From Dimorphilus gyrociliatus (taxonomy: Eukaryota > Animalia > Annelida): a stretch of DNA of 64,000 nucleotides. The translations under genes were made by a program, and so were the position numbers. The notes beneath the pieces were generated by a model. It had not been told where the DNA came from and did no database searches. It was given only the letters and a program-made list of their open reading frames with translations. Below, one piece after another: positions 14,028 to 26,900 of this stretch (its first letter is position 1; each line of letters starts with the position of its first letter). The stretch covers positions 1,178,001 through 1,242,000 of the forward strand of contig CAJFCJ010000010.1 of NCBI GenBank assembly GCA_904063045.1. Direction: 5' to 3'.

Positions 14028-17000
14028 TTTACATAGTTAATTATCTCTTTGAGAAATCAGTTAATGATAAAAAATTCAAAAAAAAGTTAAGAAGCAATTT
14101 TGAATAAAAAGGTGGCAAACTTTATTTAATAGTACAATTTATTGAATTTTTCAAGATTTTTTTATCTTTGCTTTCTAAGGTTTAAAGGTTAATAATCTGC
14201 TATATGTAAAGTATTCTTTACTATAAAAAATAATATATAAATATAATGTTTATTTGGAATAATAAAATAATAATCGTCCTTCACAAATAATGTGGGAAGA
14301 AATAGGAGCATATTTTACTTGATGAATTTACTAGAGCATTATAAGATAATGATAAGAAATTATCATAAAAGATCCCTTGACTGTGTTACTGGATACTTCA
14401 AATATATATTAATTAAAAATGTATTAAAGTATTCAAAATATATATGTTTATCAGAAATCCAATGCTCATTCTTATTATTAGAGCAGTTCTCATTGAAGTT
14501 AAACTTATAAATGATTACTAATTAGGAATTTATGAGTTATGTCACTGGAATTCTTTAGAGAGTAAATACAGAATACAGTTATAAATACAGCAATCAATTA
14601 TTGTCATAAAGTATTGTGTCATACTTTTCAGATAATGGTCAATGTTTTATTCTTCATACTTACCTTGACATAGAAACAAATAACATATTAGAAATTACAA
14701 AAAGGGATAACATTTCTCGGTATAATATGAGATAAGCATACTGTCTCTGCGTGATGTGAATCGAAAGTTGTAATTTCACCTTAAGAGTATATAGTTGTAA
14801 AGAAATACTGTATATAACATAAATAAAGGAGTGAGAATTTCTTAAATGTTCTTGTTTACTGCCAATACTATTTCTAAACTATGAAAAAGATATATATATA
14901 TATATATAAATATATATACTTTATATATATAAATACTGTTTATATATACTGTTTATATTTTCCATTTCTTATTATTCACAGCTTTATTACAACATGATAA
15001 TTACAGTGCTATTTTGTTTAATAGAAATGATATTCATTATAATTTCGGGAAACAAAGAACACATGGAAGTAAAATATTAATGTATATTGTACCTAGCAGA
15101 TTGACGTTGATCTGCTTTTGTAAAAGTGTCTGAAAACGAGGAGTTTCCCTTTAAAAAATAAGTAGAAATTATGGAAAGTGAATATATAGTTAATTATATA
15201 ATACTGTTGATATTATGCTTATCTAAAGTTTATGAGAAATACATTAATTAGGAAATATGGTTCAAGATGAACAATTAATTTTTTAGCTTTTATTCACTAC
15301 AGTAATATAAACAATAAGTCAATAATCGCTGTCTACCCTTTAACAACGTTAACGAATGTCTCTATCAAGATTCTTACTGATATCGATTCATTTTTATGTT
15401 TCTATGAATAAAAGTACTTTATTCAATTTAAGAGATTATAAAGTACTCTATTTGCATCCAGATGTATAGTTTGCAGAATTAAATCTTATTTTTTATAAAT
15501 CACACATACATACTAATATATATCGTGTGTATACTATAGGATAAGTATATTCATCATCTTTGATTACCATACTAATCTGATTATTATTTTGTTGGGAATA
15601 TGAAACCAAAAACACCGTAAATATTAGCGAGAAATGAGAAAATAACAGTTATTTGATATATCATCAATTGATTATAACTTACTATGGGAGCTATCCTCTA
15701 CATTGATAATTTCATATTAACTTCAAAAAAGAAACGGAAGAGGAGAGTAAGATATCGTTGAAATTGATATTAGTTATTAGGTAAAACCATAATTAAAAGT
15801 TTCTGCAAAGCTATTTGAATTTAGACAAATTATTCTGTTATAACTTTTTAACACTTTCTATGGTTACATTGTAATGATAATTACTCCAGTAATTGACTAA
15901 GTTTAATTGTAAGCTCGATCATACATTAGAGCATATACTAGCCTATATAGGTACTTTAATTATAGTATATAACTCCTCCATTTGCATATTAAACTCATCC
16001 ATGAATTTACCATTTGGTAATATCTTCAACTTTCTCAATAGATTCTATTATAAGTCAATAACACAAGTAGATAACATACATAATTGATAAAAGAACAGAT
16101 AATTAACAATTTAGATTTACTAATACATATCATTCTAAATGAAAAATCTAACATAAAAATGCTAAACTTTATCATAAAATTTCTGTCATTCTTTAGGTAT
16201 TCATCTTCATTTTCTTTCTTTCTCTCTTTTATACTTATGTAGATTGATTATTGTATTTATAAAAAAAAAGTATATAAGTAACTTCTCAAACTCATAATGT
16301 TCGCTAGGACAGCGTTATGAAAGAATTACGGGTACATTGTAGAAATCTACAACGATCTCTAATATTCGTACTTGTAAGCGCTCGTTTTGTTTTCATGTTA
16401 TGTAATTCATTAGATATCATCAAAACATATTCGCCAAATCGTTACTTAAACAAAGGGTTTATTTAAAGAAAGAATCTTTCCTTGTCTTTTAAATTTTTGT
16501 TTAGTATGGAAAGAGAATAGATAAGGCACACACCAAAATGTAAGAGGATAAATCCAGTGATAAAGGAAAGCCTTTTAAGTGTGCAAAAATAAAAACAGAT
16601 GGGTTCATGCCGAGCACCCGTGCTTATCACAATACATAAATTAATTACAGGACACACAGCTTAATCCCTTTTCTGTTTTTAGACTTAAATAACAGTTAAT
16701 ATGACCCATAATTATATATGGGAACTATACAATATATCGGTGTACAATGTAAACATACAAGCGAGATAAAACCGATTTCTATAATATTAATCCAAAAAAA
16801 ATATGACACATAGGCTATAATAATTAAAACTAGTGTTTCTCTACTCATTTTAACAGAAGGTAAACACGAAACAAGTATGCAGCTCATTATAAGTCTCCTT
16901 AATCTAGGCTTAGATTAAAGTTAACAGGAAAAATCTTATTTTATTTGTCAAAATTTTCATCTTATTATATATGCATAATATATATAAAACGTGATTTTTA

Positions 17001-17580
17001 ATTTCTCATATTTTCCCTTAAAGAAAACTGTAATTCATTTTGTTTATTGAATAAAATATCTATTGATTTTTAGATTTCGTGTAGCTTAGATACAAATATT
17101 CCCTTTTTCTCTTTAACTTAATAGATTTGCATGAAATCATTCAATTCATATTCGTATAATTAGTAACTGAAGACAAACTATAATATATATATATGTTGAC
17201 AATATATAGCTACAACTATGAAAGAAATGACAAAATAGATTTAGTTCTAATTATTATATAAATATCCTTAACTTGTAGTTAGTTAATTAATCTATATGCA
17301 TAAGTACAAATAGAGATTGTTGTTAATTTGTTAATATTAGTTTTCTTGTTCTAAGCTACAACTAAAGTCAATTAGAAAGAAATTTGAGAAATGCATTTGC
17401 TTTAGGTTTTAAACGACAAATTGTTACAAAAGTTAATAGAGAAGTGAGAATGAGAAGATAATGAAGAAATTTACTTCTTTTTTTCCCTTTAAAGTATATT
17501 TTAAAATAGAAGAATACTTAGGAAGTTTTATTTACAAATAATTCATTTTTTTTTCATTTTAATCTCACACACCAATACAA

Positions 17581-20500
17581 TTAGTACACACAGTGATCAA
17601 AAGAGGGCGCACTAGAAGGCTGTTCATATCCACCAGGCGTCTGAGCAAATTGGCCAGACGTTGGGGCTGAGGCCTTTAAGTTAGGCCGGTGATTATCGGG
17701 GAAAGCTAGGGAGAAGAGAGCTTCGGGATCGCAGACGAACTTATAGACGTAGCGTTCTCCTGCTACCTTTTGCATTATTCCTTTTTCATAGTAATAGCGC
17801 AAAGATCTACTGAGTTTGTCGTAGTTCATGGCTGGTCTATTCTTTTGCATTCCCCAACGCCGGGCTACTTCTTCCGGTTCGAGAAGCTTAAATTCTAATC
17901 CCCTACCAGTCCAGGCGATACAGTTGTGGTTGTTCGCGTCGTCCAGTAACGCAACGAGAAACTGCCAAAGTTGTAAACTACCACGGCGGTGAACGGCTGG
18001 TGTTTGAAGTGTAGATCTAGCTGGGGATTCTCCTGATCTCTCGCTTTCGTCATCTGTTCTACCGTCCGATTCGAAAGCTAATTCGAAAGCAGAGATTATT
18101 ATATTTGTCTTAGAAAGAAATTATTTGATATGCTTATAGAAATATTACATATTGTTTGGGTATCTGGAATTTCAATTTGTTAGATGGTCTTTTATTCCAC
18201 CTAAACTAGATAGGGTGACTTTAATAATATGTTATACGAAAAAAAAAGAAGAGCCCAACGAAAGCGGATTAAACGCAAGGAAAAGTGACCAGTAGCTGAA
18301 GTGACGCTCAGAGCGTCTTAGTTGCATCTAGACGCCGCCGTCTAATTTGCCAAATGGCTATGTCGACACGCTACTGACGGTTCGCTGTCATATGCGCATC
18401 GTCTAAACATGTGGCAACAACGGTATTGGGCAGATTAGCCAGATACATTAGCTGGTTAGTATGTCAAAGTGCGAACAATTACAATATTGAATCTTTTAGA
18501 TTAAAATTTTTGAACAAAAAAGATAGAAAAGAGATAAAAGGAAAATAATAAAGAAATAGCAATATATATATATATATATATATATCTCTTCTGCTCTCCC
18601 CTTCTACACTTTAATTACTTTAAAAATCTTCAACCTTCTCTATTTTTACCTATTTGAGCATAATTTAGTATACATCAGATTCTACTCATCAAATAGGCCT
18701 ATATTTTCTCTTAAAAAATATTTACTTTTCTGCAAACAATTACAAAAAAACATCAAGATTGTCGGATGCTGGTTTTAACGGCTCAAATCCAACCCTGACT
18801 CTCTAGTCTGAGAGCTATCTTCCCTAAAAAGCCTATAGTAAAATAATCATTAAAACTTATTAGTATTCTCTCCTAAATGAATATTGGACATTCGAAAAGA
18901 AAAGAATTGACAAGAAACATTACTTTAAGCAATATTCTTCATTCTTCTTATTTATAAAATAAATGAAAAAAAAAACAGCAAGATGATGACACAATGCTCT
19001 CGGTACAAAATACTTCCTAATGTTCATAATCTGTTTAGTTTAATCAGTAACAATCTGTTATTGCACGTAACGTTGCCTAAGAGCTTTACTTTGGATATTT
19101 TACGTTGATAAAAAAAAATGGTATATATATATATATACATATATGTATATATAAAACATACATTTGAGAGGAAGAAAACGAGTAAAAACAAAAATACAAA
19201 CAAATGATGCTTTGTATGGAAAAACTTTAACAATAATATTATAAATATAGTTAGGAATAATGCATTTTTTTTATTTTAAAGTTAATAATTAGCATCCTTC
19301 GAAATGGTAAACTAAAATGAATAAGATAAATGTACCTCCTTTACTTTTGTTTCTTAAATTATAAACTTTATTATTAAACTATTTCAAAAGATATAGAAAA
19401 CCAATGGAATTTTTACGAAAAAGTATATGTATGCATATATTGTATTTGTATATTTCAATGCTTATCAACAAGTTTTTCTTCGTATTTTAGTTAATAATTG
19501 TCTATAGTTTTCTTCTTTTCTATATGTGCTTTTAACATGGGAAATAAGGTTTTCATTGCCAAGGCAAACATAAAATATATTTATCTTTAATAAAATAACA
19601 AAAGAAAGATCCGATTCAAATATTTCTAATTTTATCTTTCTTTCTATTACTTATTGTAAATAAAGAAATGTATATGTTTTGCATAGTAAAGAAGTTTCAA
19701 ATGGGACAAACTCTTGGAATCTTTTACCGATATTTCATCCAAGCTTTTATACTCAATCCAATGATTTTAAGTGGAAATGACTAGAAAAAGAGCACAAGCG
19801 TCAAATCGTGGGATTAGCAGCATGAAAGAAATATCTCACTATTTGATAGGAACCCTTTTAATTAGGATTATTTATTAAACCATAAAATACGTTATAACTT
19901 TGGTCTCCTATTTAAAGGTAGATTTAAAATTATAATACTTAGTTCTCAAGTTATGTTGGATTTTGCATAAGATTTTTCTTGCCAAAAAAGCAAATCGTTC
20001 AGTGTGACTTCCTTCCTTTACAGTAATAATTCTAATGTTGTTTTTATTGATTAACGACAATATTTTATCATTTATAAAACGCTCTAATTCCCTTTTTTTA
20101 AGAACAACCTTCACTAAACAGTTTGTCATCAAAGACAAACTATTGGATAAGCTGAGTTTTTATTTGTTCGAGTTATAAGAAGCGATGGAATAATAGGCGA
20201 AGATGATCTTTTTTATATTTAGTATCTTTTTTTACGTAGTTGTCAAAAGGAAATCGGAATAAAGTATTGTATGTTCTTTTATATTTATATAATAATTATG
20301 AATTGTTTGTCTATATTATATTTTAGCATTCCTTTTACCTCTCTATATTTTATTAATAAATGTGCTAAGTATTAACATTTTAAAATCACAAAAATTACTC
20401 TAAATGTCTTGTTCCTTGAAGTAAAAAATCACCTTGTAACCTACGCATACTCAACATTCTTAATAATGCATTACAATATCGCATTACGACTAAATATAAA

Positions 20501-23500
20501 GAGCGCATCATTTACTTATGGCTATAGTTTGTCATGAAACGGCTAAATAACTCGCGCAGTGCATAACCGAAAACGTCTAGCTCGTGTTTCAGTAATTATA
20601 GTCGGTCGAGATTAATCGACTTTTTAGCGCGCTCTTCACCTGGTTTGTCAAAAGGCAACACAGTGAATGCTTGTCGCGATTTGCCCCGAGAAAATTGAAT
20701 TAACCGTCGCCCCGCTGTCCCCGCAAACGAATTATGTAACAAAGTAAAATATTCTAGCCTTTTCCAATCTTTACAAGGTCGTAATGCAAAAGCGAGTTGT
20801 TTTGATTCTATAAAGCCCTCCATCGTCACCCTTCCCATACTTTATATTCTATTAAGGGCGGCCGCTACGTTGTAAAACTGTCTTTTCCCTTTTATTCGCA
20901 ACTGTTCTCTCGTACTCTGATTGTTATCCTACTGATTTTCGGATTTACTAAAAAAATCACAGGGAAGGCTGATTGTTTGTTTAACTGCTAATTATTTCAA
21001 ATTGATTTGAACCTAAGAGATGCTCACCTCTCTAAGTAATTGATTATGGTAGAGAAAATATTTACCTTGATAGGAAAAATCCCTTATAACAGTTAGTGGG
21101 CAAGAAAACAAGAGTCCTTAATTGTAAATCTACTCCTTTATAAGAATTTCCGGTTCTACATGCACAAATAGTTAACAAATTAACAAATTTACTAACATCA
21201 CTTATTAAATTATTTAAAAAATCCGTTTTTTTCTTTTAGGGAAATGAAATAATGATTGAAAATTAATAGGACGAAAAGTAAGTACAATGCCTTGCGGTAT
21301 GTATAATAACATTGCAATTGAAATAACTTCTTGGAGGAAACATACTTTCCACAACAAGAAAGCGTCTATATTTAGAGAATCTTTTAAAGCTTACAAAAGA
21401 TAGACGAAAATAGCAAAATAAAGAAAGCGAATGAAAGAGTGCTTCTCTAAAGCAGCATATGCTCAATTCAGTAGTAAATATTATATAGTTTTACAGTGTG
21501 AAAAAGGCCGCGCGTCTAAGTCGTCTATCAATCCGTCATCATCCAGTTGCACGCGTGTCGATCTTTCACGCAACGTCGTCTCTGATTGCTCGGTCGCCGT
21601 CACGTTTTACTAATCACGTTTACTGCAATAATTTGCGGCGGCGAAGCCTATTAAATATTCATAAACTAAAGCAATCGGCCGACCGGCGGTCAACAACAAA
21701 TTTACCAGCAATGAGACGGTGAATGGTCGACAATTGACGTGCTCATCCATCCGTTTGGCAGACTTCGTCCGAATGACGCCGCCAGTTGTATATTCAATTA
21801 AAAATATGGTGGATAAAGGCAAGACGGCTGCATTAGACGGACAATAGTGATGCTACGGCGTCTAGCTATATAACTCTAGTCTTTCTTTGTGCTCGGCCAA
21901 ATGTCATTTGGAATGAGCGTTTCGCTTACGTGACTAACCGGGGCTTCTAAGTCTTTCTGCGCAAAGCCCGCCGTCACCTGCGACGCTCTGCATTTGCTTA
22001 GTTTATAGGGTAGAGGTCGTTTGAACAGTCGTATGGCAATATGCTAAAAGAAAGTCGCATGGGTGGGCATTCTTCACCGAACTTAAGTAATCTCATTGAC
22101 CCCTAAAGATTTTCCGAATGCGGATTAATCTTCTTTTTAGCAATGGTCACGTGTCATTCTGCTTTTTACTTAACTGGAGGGTTAATTGTGATTTAAATGA
22201 CGAACATTCTTGTTACTCGGGTTAATAACACGAAGCTAATTATATACATTTGATGTACTCATGTATAATGTATTATGAAGCGTTACGCACAGCTTTCATT
22301 AGCCCCAACAGCTAACAGAATTTTGAATAGCGCTGTAGTCTACAAATTCTCTGAAAGACGTCATATCATACAGCTTTTACAGTCGTGTGCCGCAAATGGA
22401 ATTACCTAAAATTACGGTTTAGAAATTTCTTTTCTCCTTGTATCTCAGTTATTATACATTAAGAAAAGAAGAATGCGACGATATTTCACGTGAATTATTT
22501 TGAGTTTTTTTTGGACATTTATATCAATTAAATATCACTGATTTACTCTCTCAAGAGGCTTTATATAAATTCATTGAACATTTGATGTAAACAAAGAGCA
22601 AGACTATATCTTGTCTTTGTAGTTTTTTCTTTTGCCAGACAATTGCTTTATGGAAACTTAACGCTGAGCTTTGTTTCTGTTTAATAACTGTTTCTAGATC
22701 AAGTTTCGCAACCTTTGACTTCAAACAGCAATATCACGTGATCGAAAACTATAAAAATATTTCTCCGTCGATCGTGACGGGAACCGTGAACGTGTTGCAC
22801 TTTACTTCCGGTTCGATCACGTGATCGAGCTCATTAGTCAGACAGCACTTGAGTCAACAACATCTCTGGCAAGCTGGCAATTAAGAAGGTTGAAATGTCT
22901 ACCAGACTGCAATCGCAACTGCAGTGACGTCGCTGTTTTGTTGGTAAACAAGCAACGGTTTAAAAATCCCCCGAGACGCCTGTAGCGTCAGGTATCTACA
23001 TACTTGCATAGGTATATGTATTTAGTGAATTTAAATGAGTGTGCTTAAAGTTATAATGACTTTATTGAATAACTAAAATGACACGAACCTTTCGATTGTT
23101 GCTGCTGCCAAGGTTGTGTAACATTACTATTACAGTAAGCGTCGCACGGTTCCTGCTTGATGGGTGGTAAATGGAGAGAGGGTGGAGGGTGGAAATAAGT
23201 GGGGGGAGGCTGGTAATATGAGTAGGGTCGTAGGTGAGCATCTTCTGCAAATCTGCAAAAAGCCGGAATAGCCATGTAAATATGTCGTGCTTAATTTACG
23301 CTTGATAAGCTGATATCGGCGATTATAGACGCCTCTGTTAGACGTCGCTTGTCCGCAAGCATTAGAGCGTTACTCCGTCAATGCAAGTAAAAGATGAACA
23401 AAAGACGCTCTAGTAGAAAAGTTTTTTTTACAGGATTGTTACGTTGTTGAAAAGAGCGGAAGTAGACGTAAGAGCGTCGCAAAGAATTGCGTATAAACTT

Positions 23501-23573
23501 ACCTCTGGATTCCGTTCTCTGCAAATCTGGAATATGGAAAGTACATATTGCAGTCGGCTGCGTAATGCTGCAT
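17581..23573 (-). CDS. Pea3: PEA3-group ETS transcription factor (ETV1/4/5-like), 243 aa; exons 23573-23503, 23252-23089, 18077-17581
   Basis: ETS domain [17 protein letters not shown]...[64 protein letters not shown] is PEA3-type. IKQEP motif in the middle exon. Junction phases 2 and 1 are consistent (AG|GTAAGT, G|GTTCGT); total 732 nt. Confidence 0.88.
20640..20838 (-). CDS. Candidate alternative first coding exon of the ETS gene
   Basis: ATG-led 66-codon open frame ending CCA G|GTGAAG (phase 1, fits acceptor 18077). Second ATG at 20823 gives [12 protein letters not shown]. Located in a CpG-rich island. Confidence 0.5.
21978..22043 (-). other. Candidate 66-nt cassette exon of the ETS gene with in-frame TAA and downstream in-frame ATG
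   Basis: GACTTTCTTTTAG| acceptor, CAG|GTGACG donor, phase 1-1. TAA at 22005-22003, ATG at 21993. Confidence 0.35.
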
Positions 23574-23803
23574 ATTGTCCTCTGCAAAGAAAAGAGAAGA
23601 ATCGCTTAAAAGCACAACTCATCCGACCGTTACATATTCGCCGCGGCGTCTCTCTGCACGATGTCACTTCGTCGTTCATTAAATAGGCCGCCGGAAGTGA
23701 GCTCTCTCCCGCGCTTCCCGGGACGCAGGTGGACAATGGGATCGACGTAGTCATTAGACGCCCGTAAATCAGGAGACGCCACGATTAAAAACTTTATACT
23801 CAC

Positions 23804-23906
23804 GTTTGGCCGTCGTTGACGGCAGTTTGGCGAACAATTTTCTCCAAGATAAAAAATCCGCTCACTACTGCAAGAGCCTCATTTATATGCAAGCTCTCAG
23901 CCAATG
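23804..23906 (-). promoter_or_regulatory. Probable ETS core promoter and non-coding first exon
   Basis: Donor C|GTGAGT at 23803 pairs with acceptor TTTCTTTGCAG|23581. TATAAAT on minus at 23887-23881; CCAAT at 23901-23905; no upstream in-frame ATG. Confidence 0.5.
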
Positions 23907-26900
23907 GTCTAAAAGCTTGCTCATCAATATTTATAAAACAGCCTCTAGCTTTACTTTTTTATGTATATCTCGATGAAGAGGCGTGGCTTGTACAGAGAAA
24001 TTTTTTTCAGTCTCGTACACGTGCATATATCGGATTAACTGAATATTTTCTAATTGGGAGACCACGCTACAAGACGGCGTTTCCCATTATTTGTATATTA
24101 CTGATAAACGAATCAAAGACACTCTTATTCAAACACTTGGCTGGAAATTTTGCTAAGAACCAACAATATCACCAAAATGTATAATTAAAATCAAATAATT
24201 AAAATTAGGCCTAATAGAAGCATACATGCTCAAGGTCTTTTTCAATTAATTTACAATAAAATAAAGTTAATTAAGCATATACTAGAAAATGAATATCACT
24301 GAATATGTTTATTTAAAAGAAGAAGGTAAAATAGAAAGATATATTCGGACTATAGTCAAATATTTGAGAATACACTAGAGGGCAGATAGAAGATGAAACA
24401 GATTTTTTTTTTAGTTACGTATGTACAAAATCACGACTGCTACAGTTTGAGGTCATTACCATTTAGGCAACAAGCAAAGGGTCTCTATTCTTTCAGTATA
24501 TTTACACCTATTTATTCTTTTTAGCTATAGCTATAACTTTTCAATAACAGAAAATTAGAACGACTACTTCATAATGTAGAAGATATCATCTTCGTAGAAC
24601 AAGACATATTATACGTTAAATTTTTTTCTTTATCAATAATTTATTGTTACAAGCCAAAGAATTAGATTGTTCTTATTATTGACTGATTGAGAATGAATAT
24701 TCCCAATATTATTTAATTTTCTGACATATTTCTATACGTTTTATTTATTTTCTTTTCCATTTTTCAGAAACGGAATAAGTAACAATTACAATGCCTAATT
24801 TAGTATATACTGTTGACATTCTATCATAATAGAAAATCCAAATCTTAAAATTCAATACACTCTATGGTAATAATCTATATTAAATGAAAAGAAAAAGAAT
24901 ATATAAAGGAAATAAAATATTATAAAAAAGAGGAACTTTAACAATACTACGTCTGAAAAATTACAAACTCTTTTTAGAACTCGTATTTCCCAATTAGAAA
25001 AAAATACGCTGGCTATGATATAGTGTCTCCATCTGTTGGGTGCTAGGCGAAAAAGCCAATGGTAAATTTACTTTCCATTGTGCATTCGAATATACAGTAA
25101 TTTGTGAATTACTATGACCTATACAAATAATTATGTAAACAATATAATAATTCCCAACTCATTTTGATTTTAGTAAATAAGTAGAAAAAATGAGGAAAGT
25201 GAAGTTATAAGTAAAGGTTATGAATATTGTGAGATATTAGACAATCTATATTGCATATATTAGTACCAATAGACATGCATATACTGTATATCTAGACTGT
25301 ATATATTTCTCAATATTTATTAGATATCTTAATTGCATGCTTAACTTATAAAATATATTAATGAAAGAAAAACTAAACAATGTACTTTACAAATTGACAG
25401 AAAGGAAATAAAATACTTTAATTATTAATAGAATAAAAACATATTGTTACTGAATTTTTATTGAAAAAAATTTATATATAAAAATAATACATATCTCAAA
25501 TATAATAAAATCATTCTTATTGTTAAGAGCATCATATTTTTTTATTAAAAGAGAGAGAGAGAGACAGAAAGAAATAAAGACAAGAAAAACACAATGAATT
25601 TTTATAATAGTAGGTTTTTTCCCTGTATGAATATAATTTGAAATATAAGATGTATAATTATTCTTTGTTCCTTTTTATTTGTATTCATTTTCCATTATAA
25701 ATTTGTACAGTAAAATAAAATTATAAAGAACTAAATTAGACGAGATTTCTGTCTCTTTTAGTATAATGAAAGTTTTCTTCATTTCTTTTTCCTCTTTTTT
25801 TTTTTACTAAGCTCTCTATTTTCTTTGTCTCGGTAGTTAAACAATGTCTTTTTTCCTTTATTTTCTATTCTTCTTTGTCTTTTATCGTTTTAGGAATGCA
25901 ATTTCTAAATTTTCTCTTTGTTTTATAAGTCTATTTAGAAACTTAAAGCACTCAGATGGGCGGAATGCTGACCGGTTAGCGTAAGTAGAATAAATTAATT
26001 AAAGATATCAGTTAACAAGTCGTTCTTTGAATTTTTTATAGGTGAAAGAGTTGTTCTGGTAAAGGAAATAATACTTTATCTATAACATAAATAAAGGCCA
26101 AACAGATATTTTACTTTTTTGAAAAATCGCATGAATGATTTATGTAAGGAATAAAGAAAGAATTCCTGTGCGTTGAAGAATATCTGTTTTCTTTACGTCT
26201 TAGTGATTGATTTTTATCCATCCCACAGGAACTTGATTTTCGGTAGAGTAATTTTAGTTGACAATTTGATTGATAGTTGATCCTCTAAGTCAAAATTTTC
26301 TGGTTCCTTTCATCGTTTCCATTTTATGAGGCTACAAAGTATAATGGAAATGGCGAAGAAAAGAAAGTGAAAGATTGTGCATATGTTCTAAAAGTGCAGT
26401 ACTCAATGAAATAATTAAAATACGAAAAGGTTGACTGTACTTTAAATAAAATAAGTATTTTTGCTTAAATGAGTAAAATTTAAAATGACAAAACACAGAC
26501 GCTAAAACGTAAAAAGGAGGTGCTTAGTGAATAAATTTGAAGTCTACAATTCCCTTTGCTCTTGATTTAGGATGAAATATATCCACTATTTACATATATT
26601 TTATAGTAATTTGCCACTAATTATTAATTAATGGTTTCCAGATTAACATAAGTCAATACAATGAGAAGATAATCAATAAATATCTAGGTGGCCGTTTCTT
26701 CTCTTTTAACGTCCTTACTAAAAGATGTAGACAAGAATTAATACAGTAGCTACAATGATTTTTTTCATATAGTTTACTGACAAACAAAAAATCCGTCAAC
26801 AGACTGATAATCTATAAATAGAACTATATTTTTTTAGATATTTCTTGTAAATCTTTCTTCTAAATTAGACATTCTATCGCTATCAAATCAAATAGAATAG

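Noticed and set aside
23428-23754. 108-aa minus ORF over ETS intron 1/exon 2
   Set aside because: Different frame from the spliced ETS CDS; crosses clear splice sites.
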